Assembly: GCA_047947115.1 (NCBI GenBank)
Contig: CP170459.1
Span: 3,584,001 to 3,648,000, forward strand
Direction: 5' to 3'
From: Verrucomicrobiota bacterium
GTDB lineage: Bacteria > Verrucomicrobiota > Verrucomicrobiia > Limisphaerales > AAA164-E04
DNA length: 64,000 nucleotides
Of the stretch, positions 11,546-21,646 are shown in pieces (the first letter of the stretch is position 1; the number at the start of each line of letters is the position of its first letter). The position numbers were made by a program, and so were the translations under genes. Under the pieces are notes generated by a model that was not told the origin of the DNA, made no database searches, and saw only the letters and a list, made by a program, of their open reading frames with translations.

Positions 11546-11971
11546 ATGTTTTACTCGCTTAAAAACCTGCTCGCGCTGCCTTTGGTGGTTTCAGCTCTTT
11601 GGTTGACCGGCTGTGGCGGTGATGACGAAGCCTCCGCTCCTGTGGCATCCGATGTGGATGTTTCCGTTGGGGAAGCTGAGACCCAAGAGAAGAAAACTTC
11701 CGTCAGGCGCACCTCCAGTGGAGGGGGCGGTACCGCCAGCAATCCTGCTGTCCAATCTGCCCTCAACAAAGTTGAAGACGCGTTGGATGCCGGTAACTAC
11801 ACACTGGCTGTTGACCTCGTGCTCAAGACCAAGATGGATCCGGCTGACCAGAATGTTGCCTATCGCATGGTGACGGATGAAATCACCGAAGCCATGGCTC
11901 GAGGCGATCAGAATGCTGTTAAAGCATACAACACCATGAACCAAGTCCGATTGATGCGGCGGGGACGGTAA
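11546..11971 (+). CDS. Lipoprotein, hypothetical
   Basis: Lipobox LTGC after a hydrophobic stretch; low-complexity linker and helical C-terminus. Confidence 0.8.
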   Translation: MFYSLKNLLALPLVVSALWLTGCGGDDEASAPVASDVDVSVGEAETQEKKTSVRRTSSGGGGTASNPAVQSALNKVEDALDAGNYTLAVDLVLKTKMDPADQNVAYRMVTDEITEAMARGDQNAVKAYNTMNQVRLMRRGR

Positions 11972-11989
11972 TTAACATTTTTTTTCACG

Positions 11990-12021
11990 GAGGGCAGTCG
12001 ATACCGACTGCCCTCTTTTTT
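11990..12021 (+). terminator. Rho-independent terminator
   Basis: GAGGGCAGTCG-ATAC-CGACTGCCCTC perfect 11-bp stem followed by T6, 18 nt after the lipoprotein stop. Confidence 0.9.
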
Positions 12022-12074
12022 ATGTGACGGGCAGGGTTCGTTCGTTATACATTCATCAACATCCAATCCAATCC

Positions 12075-14048
12075 GTGAAAATTGATCAACAGCCTGATAA
12101 AAGCAGACAGAAAGGTCCCTGGATCATTTTGGTGACATTGCTTGCAGGAATACTTGTCTTTCAGTTCGACCGGAATACAGAAGATGTGCCCGATCAGGAG
12201 TCGGAGCTTCTTGACTGGAAACCCACAGAGATCGTTCAGGAACCCGGACCGCCCGCGCAGGCTGCCCTGAACCAGGCGGAAATGTTTCACAGTACGTTGC
12301 CGGTGAATCAGGGGCCTGATGGATATGTTGGAGGTGCTTCCTGCAGGGATTGCCATGAAACGGAGTTCGACAGTTGGCACGACACCTATCATCGTTCCAT
12401 GACCCAGGTGGTCAGTCCTGAAACGGTTGTAGCTGACTTTGATCAGGTGCGATTGGAACACAACGAAGAGGTTTTCAATCTCTTCAAACGCAACGACGAA
12501 TATTGGGTAAGGATAACGAGTCGACAACCGGTGGTGGTCGGAGATGGTCAGGGTTTGTATGAGCAGGGCGTTGAATTGAGGCTGAGCCTGGTGACCGGTT
12601 CTCATCACATGCAGGTGTTTTGGTTGCCTGCGTTTCATGGGAACATGCAGATTGGTTTTCCTTTTACCTGGCTGATCAAAGACCAGAAATGGGTTCCTCG
12701 TGAATCGGCCTTTATACGTGATCCCCACGCCGTATCACAACCGGAGATTTGGAACTTGTCCTGCATCCGTTGTCATGTCACTGCCGGAAATCCGGGGCAG
12801 GATCTGGAACATGACTTATTGATGTCCAGTTCGGCCGATCTCGGTATTTCATGCGAGGCCTGCCACGGTCCGGGAGAAGCCCATATTGCCTGGCACAAGG
12901 AATGGGAACGTTCCAAAACGCATGCAAGCGCCGCTCCAAAAGGGGAGGATCCGATCATTCATCCTGAACATCTGGATCACGAACGATCGACTCAACTTTG
13001 TGGGCAATGTCATGGCATGAAATGGTGGGATGAAAGGGAAAACTGGCGACAAACCGGATTCGACTATCGTCCCGGTGACGATCTCACTGAGACAACACCG
13101 ATCATTCAGCCCTCCAAGATGGCTGAACAGCCCTGGCTTCAGGAAATTGTGAATAAAAACCCCAGCATTCTGCGTGATTTTTTCTGGTCCGACGGGATGA
13201 TCCGTGTTTCCGGCCGTGAATACAACGGACTGCTTGAATCTGCGTGTCATGTGAACGGAAAAATGTCCTGTATTTCATGCCATTCGATGCATGACAGTGC
13301 TCCGAATGACATGCTTGCGAAGGGAATGGACGGTAATGAGGCCTGTATCCAATGCCATTCCGGGTTTGAAGAAAACCTCACAGCACACACATTTCATGCG
13401 GCCGATTCGGAAGGGAGCAAGTGTTATAACTGTCACATGCCGCACACGACCTATTCGCTTTTGACGGCGATTCGCAGTCATGAAATAGACAGTCCCAATG
13501 CCGCGGTCAGTCACCAAACAGGAAGACCGAGCGCTTGTAATCTGTGCCACACGGATCGCACTCTGAGTTGGACAGCGAAACATTTGCAAACAAGGTATGG
13601 CCACGAGGCTCCTGATTTGGGGGGGGCGGATCAGCAGGTGTCCTCCGTATTGCTGAATCTTCTAAAGGGAGATGCCGGGCAGAGAGCACTGGCAGCATGG
13701 CATCTCGGGTGGGATGCATCGGTTCAGATTGCCGGGAGCGAGTGGCAACCCCGATTTCTTGCCGAACTGCTGGATGACCCATATTCGGCGGTGAGATATG
13801 TGGCACATCAAGCTTTGCAACGATTTGCTGGTTACGAGCATTTTGACTATGATTTTGTGGCCAGGGCCGAATTCTTGGAACAGGCACAGGTCAAAGCCAT
13901 TCAAATTTGGGATCAGCAACAGCAGATCCGTCGCGAGCAGCACGTGGGGCCCGCATTACTGTTGGATTCTCAAGGCGCGGTGATGCAACAAACCTATGAC
14001 GAGCTGATTTCGGCCAGAGATGACGCTCCTATTCGTCTGCGAGAATAG
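12075..14048 (+). CDS. Multiheme c-type cytochrome (8 CxxCH) with N-terminal anchor and helical C-terminal region
   Basis: CRDCH, CIRCH, CEACH, CGQCH, CISCH, CIQCH, CYNCH, CNLCH; LLDDPYSAVR HEAT-like motif. Confidence 0.9.
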   Translation: MKIDQQPDKSRQKGPWIILVTLLAGILVFQFDRNTEDVPDQESELLDWKPTEIVQEPGPPAQAALNQAEMFHSTLPVNQGPDGYVGGASCRDCHETEFDSWHDTYHRSMTQVVSPETVVADFDQVRLEHNEEVFNLFKRNDEYWVRITSRQPVVVGDGQGLYEQGVELRLSLVTGSHHMQVFWLPAFHGNMQIGFPFTWLIKDQKWVPRESAFIRDPHAVSQPEIWNLSCIRCHVTAGNPGQDLEHDLLMSSSADLGISCEACHGPGEAHIAWHKEWERSKTHASAAPKGEDPIIHPEHLDHERSTQLCGQCHGMKWWDERENWRQTGFDYRPGDDLTETTPIIQPSKMAEQPWLQEIVNKNPSILRDFFWSDGMIRVSGREYNGLLESACHVNGKMSCISCHSMHDSAPNDMLAKGMDGNEACIQCHSGFEENLTAHTFHAADSEGSKCYNCHMPHTTYSLLTAIRSHEIDSPNAAVSHQTGRPSACNLCHTDRTLSWTAKHLQTRYGHEAPDLGGADQQVSSVLLNLLKGDAGQRALAAWHLGWDASVQIAGSEWQPRFLAELLDDPYSAVRYVAHQALQRFAGYEHFDYDFVARAEFLEQAQVKAIQIWDQQQQIRREQHVGPALLLDSQGAVMQQTYDELISARDDAPIRLRE

Positions 14049-14152
14049 AGAGGGAGGTTTCTCCAAATGCCTAAACTCATGGCTTTGTTTGGCCGATAAC
14101 CGGGTATGATGTGGGCCGGGGATGTATGTGGTCGGCATACAACAGCAGAACC

Positions 14153-15547
14153 ATGAGTGTCATCAAAACTGAATATTTCGATTCGACATTTGACCTGGAG
14201 AAAAGTTCAATTGATTCAGTGAAACAGCTTCTCCTACAGGGAGAGCTGCTAATGGCGGAGCAAATGGCCCGCCACTTGATCCGATTAGATTCGGACAATG
14301 CACAAGCGCTTGAATTGCTGGGACTGTGCATGCTTCAACAGGGTAACGCATCTTCTGCGACGCCCTTTTTGGAGGAAGCGCTGGAACTACAACCTTTCAA
14401 TCCGGATCTGGCCTACAACCTCGCCGGAGCGTATTACTCCACACAGGAGTGGGAGAAGGCCTGTGCCTCGTATCGCTACGTCATCAAATTCTCGCCCAAC
14501 TCCGGGGACGCCCTCAAAGGCCTGGGTGCTTCGCTTTATCGAATGGGTCGATTGGTTGAAGCGGAAGAAGTTTACTGGAAGGCCCTTTCGATCGATCCAA
14601 AACAGATTTTCATCTACCTCGAATTGGCCGACTTGCACGATGAACTCGGGCATCCCACCAGGTCGATTGAAATTCTGCAAAAGGGACTTCGGCATGCTCC
14701 TGCCGACCAGGATCTCCATCGAGCGTTGGGAGATCGATTCGTGAAGAAGGGAGATCGGCGCAATGCGGGGACTGCTTTTTATAATCTGGGAGTCTGTCTC
14801 CAGCGTCAAAAGCTCCTGTCGCAGGCTGTCGTCGAGTTCAAGAAAAGCCTGGAACTGAATCCATGTCATGCCAAGGCCCGTTATTCTTTGGCCATGTTAA
14901 CTGGCGAAAACCTTTCCTCACCTCCTCCCGAGTATGTGGTGGATCTGTTCAATGAATACGCTGGGCGCTTTGATAAACACCTCGATCAACTTTACTATAA
15001 AGTTCCTCAAAACCTCTTTGATTTGATCATGCGCTTGCATTCGAAACAGCCTCATTTCAAACGCGTGTTGGATCTGGGGTGTGGAACAGGAAAATGTGGT
15101 GTGCTTTTCAAATACTTCTCAGCGTCCATGACCGGGGTCGATATTGCTCCCAGAATGTTGGAGTTGGCCAGATTGAAGAATGTTTATGACGACCTTGTGG
15201 AAGCGGATGGGACAGCGTTTCTTGCCGAATCGAGGCAACGTTACGATCTGGTGATTGCCGCGGATGTTTTTATTTATGTGGGCAGATTGGACGAGCTGTT
15301 TCAAGTCCTCGGTCAGCGTATGGCTCAGGATGGATTGCTGGCTTTCTCAACCGAATCATGGGACGAATCGGGTTTTAGATTACGTTCTACAGGACGCTAT
15401 GCCCATTCGGACTGTTACATCGATGACCTGGCTAAATCCTGTGGATTTGTGCAGAAAAGTCACAGCAAAACCACTATCCGCATGCAAAGCCGCGAACCGA
15501 TACCAGGGTCGCTCTTCGTCTATTCCTTTGTGGGGAAACCGCATTAA
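14153..15547 (+). CDS. TPR-repeat class I SAM methyltransferase (COG4976-like)
   Basis: Several TPRs, then LFNEYAGRFDKHL, LDLGCGTG, AADVFIYVG, GRYAHS. Confidence 0.9.
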   Translation: MSVIKTEYFDSTFDLEKSSIDSVKQLLLQGELLMAEQMARHLIRLDSDNAQALELLGLCMLQQGNASSATPFLEEALELQPFNPDLAYNLAGAYYSTQEWEKACASYRYVIKFSPNSGDALKGLGASLYRMGRLVEAEEVYWKALSIDPKQIFIYLELADLHDELGHPTRSIEILQKGLRHAPADQDLHRALGDRFVKKGDRRNAGTAFYNLGVCLQRQKLLSQAVVEFKKSLELNPCHAKARYSLAMLTGENLSSPPPEYVVDLFNEYAGRFDKHLDQLYYKVPQNLFDLIMRLHSKQPHFKRVLDLGCGTGKCGVLFKYFSASMTGVDIAPRMLELARLKNVYDDLVEADGTAFLAESRQRYDLVIAADVFIYVGRLDELFQVLGQRMAQDGLLAFSTESWDESGFRLRSTGRYAHSDCYIDDLAKSCGFVQKSHSKTTIRMQSREPIPGSLFVYSFVGKPH

Positions 15548-15785
15548 GGTAACAGGTGGTGTCCATTCCAACATGCACCCACCAGAACCGTCGGATCATT
15601 GAAAATGACTTCTGGACTCGCTGGCACGCTGCCGATTTCCGAAAGGATTCGACTTTCTGCGCCCTTTTTTGCCCGATCGAACTTCCTCTGAATTTTCATT
15701 TCCTATTTCGTCATTGAAGGTTAGTGTCTCCCGGACCGGGTTTGGGAAGGATCCCCATCCCCTTAAAACACATCATTCATCGAAC

Positions 15786-17012
15786 ATGGAATCAGCAGCC
15801 AACGTGATTGAATCAATGGATTGGAATCAACCTGACGACAAGGGCCATTTCGGCCCTTATGGTGGAAGGTATGTTCCGGAAACACTCATGCACCCGTTGA
15901 TGGAACTGGAGCAGGAGTATTTCAGGGCGCAGACGGATCAGCAGTTTCAGGAAGAATTGAACTATTATCTGAAAGAATTCGTCGGGCGTCCTACGCCATT
16001 ATACTTTGCGGAGCGATTGACGAAGGCCCTTGGTGGCGCGAAGATTTACCTCAAACGCGAAGATTTGCTTCACACCGGCGCCCACAAGATCAACAATTCC
16101 ATGGGACAGATCCTGTTGGCCAAGCGCATGGGCAAAACGCGGATCATTGCTGAAACAGGCGCCGGGCAGCATGGTGTTGCAACCGCCACCGTCGCCGCCA
16201 TGTTCGGCATGGAATGTGTGATTTACATGGGCGAAGTGGACTGTGACCGTCAGGCTTTGAATGTTTTTCGCATGAGGATGCTTGGCGCCGAGGTGCGCCC
16301 CGTCAAGGCAGGACAACGCACCCTCAAGGAAGCCGTGAATGAAGCCATGCGCGATTGGGTTACGAATGTTCGCAACACCCATTACATTCTGGGTACCGCC
16401 TACGGTGCTCATCCTTACCCGGTGATGGTTCGGAATTTTCAGCGCATCATCGGAGACGAAGCTCGCGAACAGATTCTTCAAAAGGAATCCCGGCTGCCCG
16501 ATCTGTTGGTGGCATGCGTCGGTGGTGGAAGCAATTCGATAGGACTGTTCTATCCGTTTCTTCAAGACAAGGATGTCAAAATGCTGGGCGTTGAGGCAGG
16601 TGGGGAGGGAATACTTCCCGAGAAACATGCAGCGCGTTTCCAAGGTGGGTCTTTGGGTGTCTTACAGGGAACCCGTTCCTACATTCTTCAGGACGAACAC
16701 GGCCAGATCCAGCTCACCCATAGTGTGTCGGCCGGTCTTGATTACGCAGCGGTGGGCCCCGAACACGCCTGGTTGAAGGATCATGATCGGGTGGAGTATG
16801 GTTATGCTACGGATGAAAAGGCTTTGGAAGCTTTCATGAAGTTGGCTCGGTTGGAAGGCATCATTCCGGCCTTGGAGTCCAGTCATGCCCTGGCTGCCGT
16901 GATTGAACGTGCTCCGCAAATGTCCGCCGACAAAATGATCATTGCCAATCTGTCCGGGCGGGGAGACAAAGACGTGCAGCAAGTGGCTGATCGGCTGAAC
17001 ATGAATGCCTAA
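15786..17012 (+). CDS. trpB: Tryptophan synthase beta chain
   Basis: [56 protein letters not shown]. Confidence 0.97.
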   Translation: MESAANVIESMDWNQPDDKGHFGPYGGRYVPETLMHPLMELEQEYFRAQTDQQFQEELNYYLKEFVGRPTPLYFAERLTKALGGAKIYLKREDLLHTGAHKINNSMGQILLAKRMGKTRIIAETGAGQHGVATATVAAMFGMECVIYMGEVDCDRQALNVFRMRMLGAEVRPVKAGQRTLKEAVNEAMRDWVTNVRNTHYILGTAYGAHPYPVMVRNFQRIIGDEAREQILQKESRLPDLLVACVGGGSNSIGLFYPFLQDKDVKMLGVEAGGEGILPEKHAARFQGGSLGVLQGTRSYILQDEHGQIQLTHSVSAGLDYAAVGPEHAWLKDHDRVEYGYATDEKALEAFMKLARLEGIIPALESSHALAAVIERAPQMSADKMIIANLSGRGDKDVQQVADRLNMNA

Positions 17013-17054
17013 GATCCTGTTCGAGCTTTCGCGGTGAATTAAAACTTTCATAAT

Positions 17055-18455
17055 ATGTCGAACTTTTCTGAATTTGCAGCCAACCAAGCCAGACACATGA
17101 TGCAGTGCTGGTCCAGTCAGGAAGGTTACGATCCGATTGCCGTTGACCGGACCGAAGGATGCTGGATTCATACCAGTGACGGACGTCGCATCTTTGATCT
17201 GCGAAGCGCTCATGAGTGCATCAATCTGGGGTTTAACCATCCCAAGGTCATTGCTGCTCTCAAACGCCAATTGGAGCAGGTGATTTATGTTACCGATGAT
17301 TTTGCGACCGAACCGACCGGTGCACTGGCCCGCCGGTTGGCCGAGTTGACGCCCGGTTCCTCCAACAAGCGAGTCTATTTCGCCCAAAGCGGTGCCGCTG
17401 CGGTGGAGGCGGCCATCAAGGGCGCGCGATTGTTCCAATACAACCGCATGTTTCATGAAGGAGGCATCCGACATGCTGATGCGCCTGGGCAATATCCGTA
17501 TCCTTATAAAATCATTTCGCGTTACAAATCCTGGCATGGATCCACCGCTTCAGCATCATCCGTCAGCGGTGATCCACGGCGATGGTTTCAGGAACCATTG
17601 ACCGTTCCCGGTGTCGTGTTTGCGCCGGAAGCGAACGCTTTTCGTCCTCCCTTTGGTACCCCTGAGAATTACGTCGAGGAGAACCTGAATTATCTGGAAT
17701 ACATCATCGAAAATGAAGGTGGGTCCAACAAGGTTGCCGCCGTCATTTTGGAGCCGGTTGTCGGCAGTAACGGCATCATTCCCGCGCCTCCGGGGTATTT
17801 GCGAGGCGTGCGCGACATCTGTGATCGCTGGGGATTATTGATGATTGTGGACGAAACCATGACCGGGATGGGGCGCACAGGCAAACTGCTGGCCATCGAG
17901 CATAGCGATGTGGAACCGGATATCATCATCATGGGCAAAGCGCTGGGCGCTTATTGTCCACTGACGGCTACTGTCTTTTCTGAAAAGGTGTCCGCATCCT
18001 TTGATAAACATATTTTCGGGCACGGACAAAGCTATTCCGGTCATGCTCTGGGCTGTGCCGGCGCTTTGGCTGCTTTGGATGTGCTTCTTGAGGACGGTGT
18101 CCTGAATGATGTTGAGAGAAAGGGACAATACCTCGAATCAAAACTGCGCGAACTGGCTGAAAAACATTCGTGCGTCGGAAATGTTCGTGGAATTGGTTTG
18201 TTTTTTACCATGGAGCTGGTGGCGGATCGACAGACTAAAGAACCGCTCCGAAAAACAACCGAAAAATATTCCAGGACCATCGTTAAAGACGTTTCCGAAT
18301 TTTTGTTCAAAGAGAAAAATATCTATGTGCCATCCGATAAATTCGGGATTTGGGTGGTTCCTCCTCTGATTGTTACCGAACAGGAGATCGATTGGTTCTG
18401 TGCCGGGATCGACGAGGCTTTGGACATGGTTGATCAACGGTTGTGTTCGCGCTGA
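17055..18455 (+). CDS. Class III PLP aminotransferase
   Basis: SGAAAVEAAIK, SWHG, DETMTGMGRTG, DIIIMGKAL, HGQSYSGH. Confidence 0.92.
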   Translation: MSNFSEFAANQARHMMQCWSSQEGYDPIAVDRTEGCWIHTSDGRRIFDLRSAHECINLGFNHPKVIAALKRQLEQVIYVTDDFATEPTGALARRLAELTPGSSNKRVYFAQSGAAAVEAAIKGARLFQYNRMFHEGGIRHADAPGQYPYPYKIISRYKSWHGSTASASSVSGDPRRWFQEPLTVPGVVFAPEANAFRPPFGTPENYVEENLNYLEYIIENEGGSNKVAAVILEPVVGSNGIIPAPPGYLRGVRDICDRWGLLMIVDETMTGMGRTGKLLAIEHSDVEPDIIIMGKALGAYCPLTATVFSEKVSASFDKHIFGHGQSYSGHALGCAGALAALDVLLEDGVLNDVERKGQYLESKLRELAEKHSCVGNVRGIGLFFTMELVADRQTKEPLRKTTEKYSRTIVKDVSEFLFKEKNIYVPSDKFGIWVVPPLIVTEQEIDWFCAGIDEALDMVDQRLCSR

Positions 18456-18514
18456 TATAATCGACCAGGAACAGTGAAGGCCGCGGATAGTTGGGGTGCC
18501 TTTCGAACTCTGTC

Positions 18515-19657
18515 TTACTTCAACGGATTCTCATACCACGCCACATTCCGTGTTCCGCGGCCGGCGTTCAGGAGGTCCAGGTCTCCGTCCCCGTCCATGT
18601 CGATGGATCTTAAATCATAGCTTTGCTGCCCCGAATCAAGAGTGTGGGTTTTAAAGACTCCTTTACCGGTGTTTTCATACCATCGAACCCATTCGCTTCC
18701 ATAGCCACAACTGGCAACATCCAGATCACCGTCCTGATCGTGATCCGCCACGGTCAGGCTATGCGGGGATTGGATTTCGCCATCAATTGTGTGCATCTGC
18801 CAACCGGGATTCTCGAACCACAGGACACCGGCTCCGTGCCCCCTCGATGCCACCCAATCGACTTTGCCGTCACCGTTGACGTCTCCGGGAAGCACGCTGG
18901 TCGCGCCAGTTTGATTTTCAGCCAGTATGGTTTTTTTCCAGGGGCCCTTGACACCATTCACGCCCGGATGGGTCCAATAGGCGAACCAGTTTCCGTCAGC
19001 GAATGGTGCTCCTTTTGCTCCAACCGCTATCTCCTTCCACCCGTCTCCATCGATATCTCCTGCTCCCATGTAGTGGCTTCCACCTCTTGCATCACCTTGC
19101 GCAAAGATATGCCGATCCCACTGCTTGGCTGTCAGTGGTTCTTTTGGGATGCTGAACCATGCCATGGAATCGTAGAGGCCTCGGGCGGGTTCGAAGTTGT
19201 TGATGATCAAATCTTCCTTTCCATCGTTGTCGATGTCGGACGTCAGCAGGCAATGGATGCCGGTAATGTCATGATCGATCATGCGAGGGGTCCAGGCCCC
19301 CTTCAGAGCTTCATCTTTTCCCGGATTTTCCAGCCAGAAGGGATTGCCTGTTGACAATGAGCCCGCCCAATCCTGATCGCCATCTCCGTCCACATCCAGA
19401 ACCGCGCTATGGATACATCCGCCGGTTCCCCCCATGAAACGATACAGAATAATTTCCTGTTTCCAGTCCGGAGCTATGAAAAGGCTGATCTTTCCGTTGA
19501 AACTGGCAATGACATCCAGCGATTTGTCATTGTTGACATCCAGGGCCACCGCCGTATTGCAGTGACCTTGTTCCATGACGACATGTTTCTTCCAGGTTTG
19601 AGCTTGAGTGGAAGAAAGCAAGGCAGTTGATATCACCGCACAAAGGAACTGTTTCAT
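18515..19657 (-). CDS. FG-GAP/VCBS repeat secreted protein
   Basis: Seven DxDxDG-like repeats with W(Y/F/L)EN motifs; start MKQFLC overlaps the upstream stop (ATGA). Confidence 0.88.
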   Translation of the reverse strand: MKQFLCAVISTALLSSTQAQTWKKHVVMEQGHCNTAVALDVNNDKSLDVIASFNGKISLFIAPDWKQEIILYRFMGGTGGCIHSAVLDVDGDGDQDWAGSLSTGNPFWLENPGKDEALKGAWTPRMIDHDITGIHCLLTSDIDNDGKEDLIINNFEPARGLYDSMAWFSIPKEPLTAKQWDRHIFAQGDARGGSHYMGAGDIDGDGWKEIAVGAKGAPFADGNWFAYWTHPGVNGVKGPWKKTILAENQTGATSVLPGDVNGDGKVDWVASRGHGAGVLWFENPGWQMHTIDGEIQSPHSLTVADHDQDGDLDVASCGYGSEWVRWYENTGKGVFKTHTLDSGQQSYDLRSIDMDGDGDLDLLNAGRGTRNVAWYENPLK

Positions 19658-21534
19658 TGTTCGTCTTTCATTTGAAAAGCTTCTTCCAGAGTTTGACTGC
19701 CACCCACCACCGGAATAGTGATGGAGGTGGCCTCCAGGTCGATTGTTAATTGAGTGCCGGGATCTGGCCAAAGGGTGTAGTCATGGTCGCTGGAGAAAAT
19801 CATCAAACCAATCTGTTGGCCTTTGGGTATGATTTGGTCGTCCGGTTGCAGGTCGAAGCTTAGTTCGTAAAACTCTCCTGGAACCAAAGGTTCGCTATGG
19901 CGCAGGGAATGCCGGTTCTGTGGATCCGCCCAACCGCGTGTGATGATGTTGTCGGTGATCTTGGCATTCTTGTTATCGTTCCAGGGAAGGGAGACCATCC
20001 AGACCGACAGGTTCGCTGCCGGTTTGCTGCTTGAAAGGCGGATATGCATCTTTGAAGTGCCGGATAAATGGATGTCATGGGTCAGCGTGGGGGTGGCATA
20101 AATCAGTCTGTGTTCGGTCCATTCCGCCTGAGCCAGGGCGTCTCCCTTGAACGAGAAATTGTCAACCAGGGTTTCGGTGCCCGGTTCGTTTGCTGGTTGT
20201 AGGGACAGGCTGCCGGTTTCCGGTGCTCCGGGACTTAAATGCAAGCTGACGGGATACGCAGCGGGGTTGGGGTAGTCATAGTAGGAAGTTGGTTTGTCGC
20301 GCTCCGCATCTTCTCGAACGATCCAGGCCCTTGGTTCGTTTTCCACATGGTTCTGAATGCCGTGAAGATAGCGTGTGAACCAGCGGTTCATTTGTTTCAA
20401 TGGAGGTTCACCTCCATGCCCCCCTTGATGAAAGTAGGATTGGACCGGAACTCCTTTCTCCTTCAATGCCTGGTAAATACGGACACTGTGTTCGGGCATG
20501 ACATTCCAGTCATTGAAAGCATGGGCCATGAGGGTCGCAGCCGTCATTGGACCAAGATCGTTCAGGTAATCCCTTCCGGCCCAGAAATCGTTGTAATCCC
20601 CTGTGATCCGGTCAAATCCCTGTGCCATTTCCTTGTCACGCACCTCACAGTCGCAGTACTCGTTTTTCTCCTGATTGCCGCTGTGGATGAAATCGTAGAG
20701 AATGTCGATATCTTCACCGATGAATCCGCCCGGGTGCCTGATCAGTCCATTGGAACGATAGTAGTGATAATAGGACGTGTTCGGCGCGATGGGGATGATG
20801 GCTTTCAATCCCCTGACCCCGGTGGTGGCCGCCGCCAGCGGAAGTGTGCCGTTGTAGGAGGTTCCGGTCATGCCTACCTTTCCTGTTGACCAGTAAGCTT
20901 CGACGGTCGTGTCTCCGTCCGGGGTGGTGTAACCTTTGGCGTCACCGGTCAGCCATTGGACGACTGCTTTGGGGGCGAGAGATTCATTGTCGCCACCTAC
21001 CGTAGGACAACCTTGGGAAAGTCCGGTGCCAGGGGAGGAGGAATGGACGACGATGTAGCCGCGCGGAACCCAGGTTTTGGTGTGGCTTTTTGAAATGATC
21101 GGCCGCTCTCCGCTACGGGTAATGTCCGGGGCGACTTTTCTCTCAGGAGGAGGTGTTCCCACTTCGTGTCTGGGATCCCAGAAATACTCCCTGCCAGCCC
21201 CCGCCGTTCCTGCAAAGTAAGGGCTGGTGACGTAAATGACGGGTAGTTTCAGTCCTTCGGTATCCGTCTGCCTGGGGCGGGTCACATCGACATGCATGCG
21301 ATCCAGTTTTCCGTCACCATCGGAATCAAATTCCGTCTCCACCCAGAGATCGTGCCGAATCCACATGTCCGGATCATTGAAACGATCAACTACCTGCGCC
21401 TCGCCGTCCTTGAAGACCGGGACAGCAGGTTCGGGACGTCCGGATTCAGCAGCCAGATGCAGTGATACTGAAAGGACAATCAGTGCGGAAGTGATCGGAA
21501 ATCTTGTGGAGATGAGTCTAGTCAATTTGTTCAT
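19654..21534 (-). CDS. Xaa-Pro dipeptidyl-peptidase (S15/CocE-NonD family), secreted
   Basis: GTSYNG nucleophile, DSDGDGKLDR, GLSQGCPTVG, HQGGH, PepX C-terminal domain. Confidence 0.9.
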   Translation of the reverse strand: MNKLTRLISTRFPITSALIVLSVSLHLAAESGRPEPAVPVFKDGEAQVVDRFNDPDMWIRHDLWVETEFDSDGDGKLDRMHVDVTRPRQTDTEGLKLPVIYVTSPYFAGTAGAGREYFWDPRHEVGTPPPERKVAPDITRSGERPIISKSHTKTWVPRGYIVVHSSSPGTGLSQGCPTVGGDNESLAPKAVVQWLTGDAKGYTTPDGDTTVEAYWSTGKVGMTGTSYNGTLPLAAATTGVRGLKAIIPIAPNTSYYHYYRSNGLIRHPGGFIGEDIDILYDFIHSGNQEKNEYCDCEVRDKEMAQGFDRITGDYNDFWAGRDYLNDLGPMTAATLMAHAFNDWNVMPEHSVRIYQALKEKGVPVQSYFHQGGHGGEPPLKQMNRWFTRYLHGIQNHVENEPRAWIVREDAERDKPTSYYDYPNPAAYPVSLHLSPGAPETGSLSLQPANEPGTETLVDNFSFKGDALAQAEWTEHRLIYATPTLTHDIHLSGTSKMHIRLSSSKPAANLSVWMVSLPWNDNKNAKITDNIITRGWADPQNRHSLRHSEPLVPGEFYELSFDLQPDDQIIPKGQQIGLMIFSSDHDYTLWPDPGTQLTIDLEATSITIPVVGGSQTLEEAFQMKDEQ

Positions 21535-21646
21535 GGAAATATGAGCCCTACGGTAAGAACATCCGCATCGTACGTCAAGTTGAGCCACACCCAGTGTGTC
21601 TTTTGTGTTTGGGGATTTCGAAGGGGACGATATGAGCTTCAAAAAC

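Noticed and set aside
15556..15717. GTG-start 53-codon ORF containing FWTRW upstream of trpB, as a possible Trp leader peptide
   Set aside because: Trp codons are not tandem, the ORF is long for a leader, and I found no convincing terminator/antiterminator pair.
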